Shown here piece by piece: positions 13,245 to 24,723 of a stretch of 64,000 bases of DNA. The stretch spans positions 14,632,001 to 14,696,000 of the forward strand of contig CM102285.1 of NCBI GenBank assembly GCA_046563655.1, written 5' to 3'. How positions within the stretch are numbered: position 1 is the first letter of the stretch; each line of letters starts with the position of its first letter. The notes beneath the pieces were generated by a model. It was not told the origin of the DNA. It saw only the letters and a list, made by a program, of their open reading frames with translations, and did not search any database. Source of the stretch: Yuukianura sp. NJ FZ-2021 (lineage: Eukaryota). Made by a program: the position numbers and the translations under genes.

Positions 13245-14419
13245 AACACTTTTTTTCAATTTCATTTTATGTACTAGTTCTTTCTTATTTTATGCTATTT
13301 TGTTGCATTTTATTTTATGCTGTAGTGTTTTATTAATTTTATTTCCGTCCCAGGTTGAAGTGAATCCGTTGTTTCTGCATGTACGCGGAAATACGAATAT
13401 TTGCAAAAATTAGTTTTACATGTTTTTTTAACTTGAAATTTAACTTGGCTCAGCACTACGGACCTGGGATAAGCTAAGTTTTAAAACGCTAGAAAAAGTA
13501 AAAGTTTTAAGTATATTAGTAGTAGAATTCCAAGTTTCAAAATGTAGTTGGAAATTTAGAGTTATGAGAAAAGCAACTTTTCAAATTTCAAAACGCCTAA
13601 AATTTATACGGAAATTTTATGTGTGTTACATGTGAAATGTTAAGTAGCTTTTGTCTGAGTTTGCTGTACTTCAACCTAAGACGTTAGAGGGGATGGGAGA
13701 CAGTCAAAAAGCAAACAACTGAACAGGGAAAAATGAACAATAGGATATGTGATTGTTGTTTTGCTTACTGTTACCTTGAATTACAAATTCATCGGGCCAA
13801 GATCAATGGAAAGGTTACACCAAAATTCAAGGCTCCTGTAGCGACGTAATAGTTTTTTAAGGTTAACAGCAGGTTAGGCTATAAGTACGTCTTTCACAAA
13901 TCTCACTGCAAGCAGTTTTTTCTGTCAATTCCGTTTGATTACACACAAATAATTCCTATAGAAAAGAACGAACGGTAAAGCAATTTTCGTTAACTTTTTA
14001 ACAAAATGTAAAAATAGGATATATCGCGAAACCTGTAGAAAGAAAAAGCTCTGCTGTCGTTTACGAACCTTGGTCACGATTAGTCGGTCCAAGATCAATT
14101 CAAAAACTAATTATTGAACAATGGATGCTTACGAATTGCTTGTTACATTTCCGCGTGAAACGCGTGTATGAGGTTATTCATGTAAAATAACAATTAATTA
14201 TTGTTATTGTTTGTGGCCATCGATTATACAAAAAAAATTCTCATTCTGTATGTGGAATTCGAATTGTTAATTACAACAATTTTAATTAACCAATCTTCTC
14301 AAGAAGGAGGTGTGCCCGGCAAAATTTAAGTTTCGGAATTTATGATTTACGCCCAAAAATTGATTCAAGACGAATTTTTAATACTAATAAATTCCACCCT
14401 GTTTTGCCCAATTGTTCCA

Positions 14420-17400
14420 ATGTGTTTCACTGGTGATGGTTTGTTGGTGGGCGTCTGGTTCATCATCAGTCAACTGATTCTTCCTTCATCAACATTATCT
14501 GATACGCCTTGCATATACGAACACGGAAAACCTGTGGTCAGTTTCAAAAATTATAATAAAAGTTCAAAAAAATTTCAACAAAGTTAGTTCAAGAAGTTTT
14601 CTAAGCTGTGTGCTTAGAAAGTTCAAAAGTTCTTTCACATTTTTTGTACAGGAGGCGCCATTTCCCAATGATGGTACAGACAGAATTGCATGGGCAAAGG
14701 AAGGAGTTGCGAAGCATAACGAACGTCGCAAGGAGCTTGGCATTACTGGTTACAAGCGTTTTCACAACAGCAAGTTGTTTTTTTTTAGACCATTAATAGG
14801 TCTAATATGTTTATTCCATTTCAGGCCTTCCTGATATCGTGTTCAACCCCAAGGTGAGTTTAAGAGTTGAATTTTGATCAGTTTAATCGTCTGGTGTTTC
14901 AAAATGGCAATAATTAAACATAAGTACCGGAGCACTAGATGGTTTTGAGAATAAAGGTGATTACTTTAGAAATTGGATTATCTTCAGATGTGCGCAGGAG
15001 CTCAATGGGTATCAAATAAGGTTGCAACTCCTGGACAACCTTACCAACGTGCGAGTGTTATGGATTTTGTTACCACGCAATGCGAAGATGTTGGATGCAA
15101 GAGTGGGAGATCAGAAACCCCCTCCTTGGCGAGTGACATTTCCAGTTGTTGGCTGCAATATCAGACCATAAAGGATATCTTAACAGGTCAGTGTAAGCAA
15201 AGACAAATTCGTGATGCGTTTATACAAAAATGATCCAAATGTATTGTCGTTTTCAGCTGCGAGAGAGATGTGTATGGTTTACTCCGGCGATGGACAGGGA
15301 ACTTGGTTCTATTCTGTTGTCTTCTTTCCAAAACCCCCACCACCACCACTTTTTGCTCCACCGTGCATATACGAAAACGGAAAACCTGTGGTCAGTCTCA
15401 AAAAAATTATAAGAAAAGTACTAAAAAATGAAAATGTGTGTTTAGAAAATTCAAATACTCTTTGACATTTTTTTTGTACAGGAGGCGCCATTTCCCAATG
15501 ATGGTATAGACAGAATTGCATGGGGAAAGAAGGGGGTTGCAAAGCATAACGAACGTCGCAAGGAGCTTGGCATTACTGGTTAGCAGTGTTCCAAGGTGCT
15601 TTAAAGCAGATGCTTTTTTTGCTTTAAAAGCAAAAGAAGCAAGCATCTATTTTCACACTTGCTTTTTTTTTTTATTAATTTGCTGTTTTTGAAAGGCCAA
15701 TTAATTAACTTCTTTGTCAAATTCCTAGTTTTCTAAGGTAAAATGGCCATAAACCAACTTTAGTTAAGTTATTCAACAAGTGTAACGTTATTTTGACCGT
15801 TGTTTTGAACGCATAATACGTCAATTTCAAGTTAGTAGATTTCGGCCGCATTCCTTCCAGCGGCATTTACAGCAACTTTTCGCTTTTAAAGCATAAAAAG
15901 CAAAAACAGCAAAAAAAGCTATTTACAGCAAAAAGCAAAGCATCGACTTTAAAAAAGCGCTTTTTACGGAACACTGCTCGTTAGAAGCGTTTTCAACATT
16001 CACAACAGCAACTTGCTGGTTTTTTCGAAACCATTAGTAGGCGCAATATTTTTACTCAATTTGTTTCAGGCCTTCCTGATATCGTGTTCAACCCCAACGT
16101 GAGTTTAAGAGTTGAATGTTGATCAGTTTTAATCGTCTGATGTTTCAAACTGGCGATAACTATACATAAGTACCGGAGTACTGGATGGTTTTAAGATTAA
16201 AGGCGATTACTTTCGAAATTGGATTATTTTTAGATGTGCGGAGGAGCTCAGTGGGTATCAAATAAGCTTGCAACTCCTGGACAACCTTACCAACGTGCGA
16301 GTGTTATGGATTTTGTTACCACGCAATGCGAAGATGTTGGATGCAAGAGTGGGAGATCAGAAACCCCCTCCTTGGCGAGTGACATTTCCAGTTGTTGGCT
16401 GCAATATCAGACCATAAAGGATATCTTAACAGGTCAGTGTAAGCAAAGACAAATTCGTGATGCGTTTATACAAAAATGATCCAAATGTATTGTCGTTTTC
16501 AGCTGCGAGAGAGATGTGTATGGTTTACTCCGGCGATGGACAGGGAACTTGGTTCTATTCTGTTGTCTTCTTTCCAAAACCCCCACCACCACCACGTTCT
16601 GCTCCACCGTGCATATACGAAAACGGAAAACCTGTAGTCAGTTTCAAAAAATTATATAAAATATGCCGAAATACGGATATGTGTTAGACAATTGAAACAT
16701 TCTTTTACATTGTTTACCAGGACGCGCCATTGCCAACAGATATAGATAGAATCGCTTGGGGGAAGGAAGGGGTGGCAAAGCATAATGAACGTCGCAAGGA
16801 ACTTGGCATTACTGGTCAGAAGCGTTTAAGAAAAACAAAAACAACTTGGTTGTTTTTTACGAAGCTGTTTTTCAAATTAATGCAGTATTTTTTGTTCAAT
16901 TTCAGGCATTCCTGATATCATGTTCAACCCCAAGGTGAGTTTTAGTGTTGAAGGCCAACAGCGATTTAAGCAGCAGTCTGCTCTTTCTAAATGACGATAA
17001 TTGAGTGCCTGAAGCAGTCGATTGTTTTGAGATTGAAAATCGATTACTTTATGGCTAAAAATCGATTACTTTATGGCTAAAAATCGATTATTTTCAGATG
17101 TGCGGAGCTGCTCAATGGGTAACAAATAAGTATGCACGTCCTGGAGAACCGTACGTCCTTGCAGTAGAAATGGATTCCGTTAGCATGCAATGTGCTGAAT
17201 TTAAATGCAGTTGGGGGCCATCAAAAACAAGCCCTCCGGCGAGTGGCATTTCATGGTGCTGGCTAGACAATCTCCCTAACGTAGACCGTCAACGGGTAAT
17301 TGAAGTTTTAACAGGTCAGTTTGAGCGAAAACACATTGTGGTTCCGTGTAGTTTAAAAAAATTGTTCCAAATTTGTAATGTGCTTTCAGCTGCGAGGGAA

Positions 17401-17703
17401 ATGTGTATTACCTACACACATAATGGAAAGAATACCGTTTTCTATACTGTCCACTTCTATCCACCGCCACCTAGTCAGTTGTGATAAAACGTTTTTGTTT
17501 CAAATTCAACTTTACTTGAAAAACTTAATTTTCCATTTTGTTTTTAAACAGAACCTCATGATCCTGGTGCCATTCTTAACCCAGAAGGTAGAGGTGGATA
17601 CCAATACCATGGAACACCAACTCCACGTCCAAAAACTTTACGTCCAACACCAAAACTGGCGCCTCCTCCTCCTCCTGCAGATTCTTATACGTTTATTGTT
17701 TAG
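14420..17703 (+). CDS. Secreted protein with three tandem divergent CAP/SCP-like domains and a Pro-rich tail
   Basis: Hydrophobic leader MCFTGDGLLVGVWFIISQLILPSSTLS. Three copies of a multi-exon unit PCIYExGKPV|EAPFP..GVAKHNERRKELGITG|LPDIVFNPK|MCAGAQWVSNK...CWL..|AAREMC..Y...FY.V.F.P, linked by poly-Pro. HNxxR..G.LP.L.xN..L...AQ.W is the CAP N-terminal signature. Last exon ends TAG 17701-17703; AATAAA near 18073. Confidence 0.7.
15584..15976. mobile_element. hAT-like MITE in an intron of CAP unit 2
   Basis: TIR CAGTGTTCC...GGAACACTG; 8-bp TSD CTGGTTAG (15576-83) / CTCGTTAG (15977-84); absent from the homologous intron of units 1 and 3. Confidence 0.85.
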
Positions 17704-17710
17704 GTTAGGC

Positions 17711-17992
17711 CATACCTCGGCACTTCTCCGCTCCTGCATTCCCCGCTCTCCGCTCCCACCTTTGGGAACGGGGATCGCCGCTCTCCGCTCTTCTCGGAAA
17801 TAGCGGGGAGTGGAGACGTGAGAACGGACCAAATTTTCCGATCTTTTCCGCTCTCCGTTCCCCGTTCCTAATGCTAATAGCATGGGGACCGGAGATCGGG
17901 GAGCGCCGCTCCCAAGGGATGGGAGAGCGCCGTTCCAGGAGCGGAGGGTAGAGGCAAAAGAGCGGGGAGCGGAGCAAAAGTGCCGAACTCTG
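17711..17992. mobile_element. GC-rich hAT-like MITE directly after the CAP-gene stop codon
   Basis: Imperfect TIR CATACCTCGGCACTT.. / ..AAGTGCCGAACTCTG; subterminal CCGCTC/GAGCGG repeats; TSD GGTTAGGC (17703-10) / GGTCAGGC (17993-18000). Confidence 0.75.
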
Positions 17993-18610
17993 GGTCAGGC
18001 TAGGCTGAGATGTGGTCTCGGTTAGGTTATTTGAGTCACTCCAAACTCCAACCAAGTCCATTTTTTAACAATAATAAACTGTGTAAACGTCATAAATAAG
18101 TAGCGAATTAAAAACGCAGCGAATAACCCGGAAGCTGTCTACTTCCGGTCAAACCGGAATCGGATTAATCACCGCCACCCCATGTGAAGTCCATCTGAGA
18201 AGGCAGATTGAAAATAAGTCCGTTGGTTCCGGAGTTACAGACGTGCGTAGCATTTGTGACGCCATGTTGCAAATTGTGATTTGTATATATCCAAAACCAT
18301 AGGTCAAAAGTCAAGGTCACCTACACAACAGTTGTTTATCTTAATGACGTGAACGATGTTTATGTTTGTAGAGGTCATTTTTTATAGTTCCGCCAAATCA
18401 ACCACGTCCAGAGGTTAGATTTCAGTTGAATTTGCCATCAAATCAACCACACGTTTAAAAGTTTTCGGCTGAATTTTTTGTCCTAGTTTGTCCTCGTACA
18501 AACATGACCTCATGAAGTAATATAATAGTAAGATGTTCAAAAAATGTTTTCATGATTTTTATGCTAAATGTAACATTATACCAAAATCTGACATGTATAA
18601 TAAACAAGAG

Positions 18611-20302
18611 TTAAATCTTAATAGACTTAGGATTACTTGAAATTTCTACATAAAAGCTTCCTTGTTTGCTGAAAACGAAAAAAAAAACAGTTTTTAAAAA
18701 CAGTCGTTTTTTCAAAAATAATTGAATTTTTCTGAAGAATTTCTTTTGTACCTCATGTCAGCATACTGGCCATAAAGAACTGGTTGACATTCATGTGCAG
18801 CGTAGTCTTTTATACACTGCTTGGCATTACAGCGACATCCAGAATACTGAACACCTCTGACAGAATCCGCAAAATACTGAAAAGGTCAAAATTTAAAAAA
18901 AATCTAAACTGGACTTTTTAATCATTTTTAAGTATTTTTACATAGAATGCCCTCGTATGTTGACATCCCTCTGAAATCAAAAAAAAAAGGTCAAAGGTCA
19001 TCAAAGAATGAAAACTGAACAAAATTTTTGGTTTACTTTACCTGTCACCAATGACTGAACTGTCAGAGAGCAACCTAAATTTAAAACCAAATTCAACAAA
19101 GTTCAAGGTCAAATCTTTTAAAAGGTCAACTTTTTGTGTTCCGGGTCAAAGGTCATACCTGGTTGCCCTGGTCCTCCACCGTTGATGTACCAAGAGATGT
19201 GCCCCATCTGAGTCTTAGCCAGGAATCCATACGCCCCTTGGTTCGTGTGTGTCACGTCAACAAACTCAGCGTCGTCAGAACTCAAACGCTCGTCTTCTGG
19301 TAAACTATGGAACGTTGGACCTTTTCAAAAAAAAATCAAAATTTTGAAATCAAAATTCAAAAAATTTGAAGTTTTCAACAAAATGAGTGTTAACCTGCCG
19401 GGTCAAGGCCAGTTATCCTATAAATTTTTCTGCCAATTCGTTTTTTGACTTGTTGCGCCGCGAGTCCAGCGACATGCGCCCCCAGGCTAAATCCGACCAT
19501 TTGGACATGTTGAGGCCCTTCAAGGGCCCCTGACTGCGTCAGAAAAATTATAAAGTCACTCACATGCGCGGTAGCCTCAGGAATGTTCGGCAAAACGTCA
19601 AGGTAGTACAACAGCCTAAGAAGAAGAAACAAAAATTTTGAGATCTTTGAAATTTGAAATTTCGAGTTTCCAAATTCGAATTATTTTAAAAGTAAGAAAA
19701 TTGGCTGACATGGAATAAGTTGATTCTGGATTTCGACTGAGTCTGTTGACCAATTGACCCCAGTCGACCCCAACGATATTAGCGGGAAACTTCGCTTCCA
19801 GGTATGCTTTTACAAAAAGAATTTTTTTTTTCAAAATTTTCATTTTTTGAAAAAACTTTTTCGAAATTTTACCTTCTCGGAGTACTCTGTTTTCCCTGGC
19901 AGGAGTGTCGTCATTCGCATAGAATCCATGGATGATTAGAACAAGCGGCAATTTTGGATTGTAGTTTGAATTGACTAAACTTTGTTGATCCCACGGTACA
20001 ATTTCCTCCCTGTAAGTCCAGTTGACATAGTCTGGATACAAGTAGAAGCGGACTGACGGAAGTCGGTCGTCATGGACACTGTTGGACAAAATGCCATTGT
20101 CCAATTCATCCAAATTGTCCACATTTCGTCCAATTCTGTCTACTTCGTCCAGTGTCTCTCCAGGGATTGGTTGACGCAGGGCTGGAACTGGCTGGGGTCC
20201 GCTGATCCACGAAAACAGAAGATCGTGTAACAAATGATGTGACTCCACTCCCACACAAACGCAACAACCAATCAAAACAAGCAGAATCCATTTGAACAAC
20301 AT
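18611..20302 (-). CDS. Secreted pancreatic-lipase/phospholipase A1-like lipase, copy 1
   Basis: Signal peptide, LIIHGF, VGVDWG, nucleophile GFSLGAH, ITGLDPAGP, DAEFVDVTHT, MGHISWYINGG..QPGC and catalytic His in CQHTRA. About 8 exons including microexons. Confidence 0.92.
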
Positions 20303-20754
20303 TTTTAAAAATTCCAAAAAAATAGTTTTCAAAAACTTGGTTACTTTTAAGTTTAGTAATTAGTATGCACTGTACTATAACATGCGGACTCAAAATACTT
20401 TCAAGTACTGAACACACAAGTGAGACACGATTCAACCAAATTCGGCAATTTATTGGTACAAACAATTTTTCTTACTTTGCAAATCTCATTTCCGCAGTAA
20501 ATTGCAAATCGCATCAAATTTTTTGCAAGCGTAAACATGTGCAAGAAATAAAAGTCAACCTACCAAAACAACATTGATTTAGTCTGATTCACTGCAAAGG
20601 TCAAGCTAAAGTTCAAGCTTAAACTTCAAGTTCGCATGGAGGAATATTAAGTAATGTCCATTACGGTTTAATTCTGAACTTAAGTAAAAGTTGATCAGAG
20701 TTGTATAAAACAAAGATTTTAGTTTGGTTTTAAATATATATAAGGATTTGAATG

Positions 20755-21411
20755 CTAAATGGAACTGCTACCACCATTGCTCCCTCCATCACCATCCTTT
20801 GCACCATAACCATCGTCATCGTTTGCACCATCACCATCTTTTGCACCATAACCATCGTCATCGTTTGCACCATCACCATCGTCATCGTTTGCACCATCGT
20901 CATCGTTTGCACCGTGATCGTTTCCCCCAGCACCGTTGCCTACGCCTCGCACAGTCACTCCGATCGTTTTCCCTTGTATTATGTTCGCTTGGCTCGGTAA
21001 AAATTCATCCCTGCATTACAATTTGATACATTCAGGTTAGTTGAGATCCATTGTTTGGAGAGACGCTAAATTAACGAGTACTGGTATCTATGCGTCTGAC
21101 ATTATAAAAATTGTTATGCAAATTTACTTCTTATAAGCCGGCGGCTGTCCGTATGGTTCAGTAAATGACGAAAACCGTAGATATTCCGAAATACTACTGG
21201 CTGCTCCAGGTGCTCTGCCGTATTCCCATTTGTGGTGCTCCGTAGTACTACTGCCTCCGGTGATCTGTACTCCTGTTGCAGTTGGCCAGTAGGCCTGCTC
21301 CCCGCGCGCTGTAGTCCCGCTTCCAGTGCACTTTAGTCCTGTTTTTGATGCATTGTAGTCCTGCTCCCCATGCTCTGTAGTACCGCTTTCGGTGCTTTCC
21401 GAGTTCCCCAT
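20755..21411 (-). CDS. Two-exon orphan (179 aa) with N-terminal MGNSES myristoylation-like motif and Gly/Asp repeat tail
   Basis: Exon 1 21411-21128, phase-2 GT-AG intron 21127-21011, exon 2 21010-20755. They join in frame (..PPAYKK-DEFLPSQ..GANDDD repeats..GSSSI*). Confidence 0.6.
20770..20925. repeat. Coding low-complexity tandem repeat (GANDDD/GAKDGD)
   Basis: accatcgtcatcgtttgc units of 18-24 nt. Confidence 0.85.
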
Positions 21412-21990
21412 TGAACGGATTACTAAGGCAGATTCAACAAATGATTTATGACTAGTGGATAACACAAGAGCTAAGGATTTACTTCAAAAAGAGTCGGCTT
21501 TTGTTGAGTCTCTCAGTACTGGGCTAAGGGAGAAATTGAACTGAAAAGTTGATTTTTCATAACCTAGCATCCCTTAGCCAAGGGACCACCTAGGGACCCT
21601 TGAAAAATCAATCTTAGAAAAGAACTATGACCTCTGACTCAGAGTGAGATGGCGTGTTCGCTGGTGCAAACTGTTCAAATTTTGAAATTAAAAGAGTAAC
21701 AGAAGTGGGTGCAACAGGAACAGAAAGAAAAACGAAAACAGTCTAATCTAATGCTAACAAAAATTATCATTTAAAACTATACTTATAGTGCTCTCCGGTT
21801 TAACGACCGTTATAGTCATTCTTTAATCTTAACCAATGATATCCAGCGTTTCCGCAATTCCGAAGCCGGCTTCTTCCGATATTTGAAGTTTCCAAAATGA
21901 TTTACAATTTTAATTTTATTAATTCACGTTCTTAAAAATTGGTTACTATTCATGCTAATGCTAAGATAATTTGAAAACAATTTAAGCAAG

Positions 21991-23712
21991 TTAAAATAGG
22001 GAAATCGTGGGCGGCAAGCTCGAAATAGACACAGGATTACGCGAAATTTCTACATAGAAGCTTCCTTGTTTCCTGAAAACGAAAAAATACGGTTTCAAGC
22101 GTCGCAAATTTTTCAAAAAAAATTTTGTTTGAAGTATTTTTTATGTACCTCATGTCAGCGTATTGACCATAGAGAAAAGGTTGACATTGTCCAGAGTAGT
22201 CTTTTATACACTGCTTCGCATTACAGCGACATCCAGAATATTGAACACCTTTGACAGAATCCGCAAAATACTGAAAAGGTCAAAGGTCAGAGGTCAAAAC
22301 TTAAATTTAAAAAAAAACAGGCTACACTGAAGTTTTTAAACTTTTTTTTTTTACATTGAATGCCCTCTGATGTTGACAGCGCTCTGGAAAATGAGTTAAA
22401 AAAATCGATAAAATAGGTCAAAGGTCATGAAAATTAAAAACGAAGAAAAATTGTGTTTCCTTTACCTATGAACATCGACTGAATAGTGAGAGAGCAACCT
22501 AAATTTAAAAAATTCAACAAAGTTCAAAGTCAAATCTTGTAAAAGGTCAACTTTTTGTGTTCCGGGTCAAAGGTCATACCTGGTTGCCCTGGCCCTCCAC
22601 CGTTGATGTACCAAGAGATGTGACCCATCTGAGTCTTAGCCAGGAATCCATATGCCCCTTGGTTCGTGTGTGTCACGTCAACAAACTCAGCGTCGTCAGA
22701 ACTCAAACGCTCGTCTTCTGGTAAACTATGGAACGTTGGACCTTTTCAAAAAAATCAAAATTTAGAAATCAAAATTCAAAAAATTTGAAGTTTTTGAACA
22801 AAATGAGTGTTAACCTGCAGGGTCAAGGCCACTTATCCTGTAAATTTTTCTGCCAATTCGTTTTTTGACTTGTTGCGCCACAAGTCCAGCAACATGCGCC
22901 CCCAGGCTAAATCCGACCATTTGGACATGTTGAGGCCCTTCAAGGGCCCCTGACTGCGTCAGGAAAATTATAAAGTCACTCACATGCGTCGTAGCTTCGG
23001 GGATGTTCGGCACAACGTCAAAGTAGTACATCAAACTAACAAAAATTGACAAAATTCAAATTTTGAAATTGTGAAATTTCAAAGTTTTAAAATTTGAGAA
23101 GCAGAAAAAAGTGGCTGACATGGAAACAATTGACGTTGGATCCCGATTGAGTCTGTTGACCAATTGACCCCAGTCGACCCCAACGATATTAGCGGGAAAC
23201 TTCGCTTCCAAGTATGCTTTTACAAAAATATGATTTTTTTTTTCAAAATTTTCATTTTTTGAAAACTTTTTTTTTGAAATTTTACCTTCTCGGAGTACTC
23301 TGTTTTCTCTCGCAGGACTGTCGTCATTCCCGTAGAATCCATGGATGATTAAAACAAGCGGCAACTTTGGATTGTAGTTTGAATTGACCAAACTTTGTTG
23401 ATCCCACGGTACAATTTCCTCCCTGTAAGTCCAGTTGACATAGTCTGGATACAAGTAGAAGCGGACGGACGGAAGGCCGTCGTCATGGACACTGTTGGAC
23501 AAAATGCCATTGTCCAATTCGTCCAAATTGTCCACATTTCGTCCAATTCTGTCCATTTCGTCCAGTGTCTCTCCAGGGATTGGTTGACGCAAGGCTGGAA
23601 CTGGCGGTGGTCCGGTAATCCACGAAAACAAAAGTCTCCGTAAGAAATGCTGTGACTCCACCCCCACGCAAACACAACCAATCAAAACAACCAAATTCCA
23701 TTTGAACAACAT
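21991..23712 (-). CDS. Secreted pancreatic-lipase/phospholipase A1-like lipase, copy 2
   Basis: Paralogue of 18611-20302 with the same exon structure; GFSLGAH, ISGLDPAG, CQHQRA; longer C-terminal tail. Confidence 0.92.
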
Positions 23713-24514
23713 TTCAAAAAATTCAAAATGTGTAAATTTCAAAATTTGCTACTTATGTACTGTTACTACAATTTATGACTCAACATACAATATACGTACT
23801 TCCAAGCACTGAACACACAAGTGAGACGCGATTCAAACAAATTCTGTAATTTATTGGCACAAACAAATTTTTTTGCTTTGCAAAATCTCATTTCCGCCAC
23901 AAATTGCAATTTGCAGCAATTTTTTTGCAACAACTTTCGTCTAAACATGTGTAAAAAAAAGTAAAAGTCAACCTACCAAAACATAACACCGTGCTGGTCT
24001 GGTTCACTTCCAAGGTTAAGCTAAACTTCAAAATTTCAAAATCTGAAAATCTTCAAAATTTCAAAATTTTGAATATTTTTAAGAATAAAGCATGTTATAG
24101 TAAATTCCATGAATTGGTGAACTTTAGACTAGAAAAAGACACCAATTTTAGTATTTTTTTTCTAAAACAGTAAAAGAAATTGTTATTGTCTTGAAATAAT
24201 GGAAAGAAAAATTTCTGTGGGCGGAGCTTCAAGAGGTCAAAAGGTCAAGGGCAAGTGCCCATTAATGTAAGGGCTTAAACTCAAGTTCGAGAGGCTATAA
24301 TTAAAAATTTGAAAAATGGCGGGAGTTCTAGAACACCCGGGTATTTTGGCACGAAATGCAAGTCGTTCTGGGACACGCGAGGGAGGAGGAACTTTGATTA
24401 GCGAAATTGATCCTCTTTGTCTTGTATGAAAAAAATCAATGTAGTTAGTCTGAAACTGTCCTCCTTTTGTCCATTACGTCGTCATCGTCCAGGAAATTTG
24501 TGTTGTCACAAACT

Positions 24515-24528
24515 GTTGTCATGGCAAC
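24515..24528. promoter_or_regulatory. Canonical RFX X-box upstream of ARMC2
   Basis: Near-palindromic GTTGTC-AT-GGCAAC, ~200 nt upstream of the ATG. Confidence 0.75.
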
Positions 24529-24723
24529 CACTGACCCATCATTCTATCTCCCCTCTTCTGTTTTCTCCGTTGTCACAAAGTCCCAATTTTGTTCTCAGTT
24601 TGTCAAACGACTTTCTCCGGTGAACTTTCAAAATCATAAAATCTTCAGTTTTTTGAAAAATTGAACTTTTTTAAAAAGTTAGACGCTTGACCTGACGTGA
24701 CCGTGACCGTGACGTGACCGGAC

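Noticed and set aside
18090..18600. Possible Helitron/DINE-like relic (also the GACA microsatellite near 49000)
   Set aside because: Looks repeat-like, but I could not define termini, a TSD or a second copy in the window.
20724..21026. His-rich and Cys/Ile-rich plus-strand ORFs
   Set aside because: No ATG or splice support; the minus-strand Gly/Asp frame joins an upstream exon in phase.
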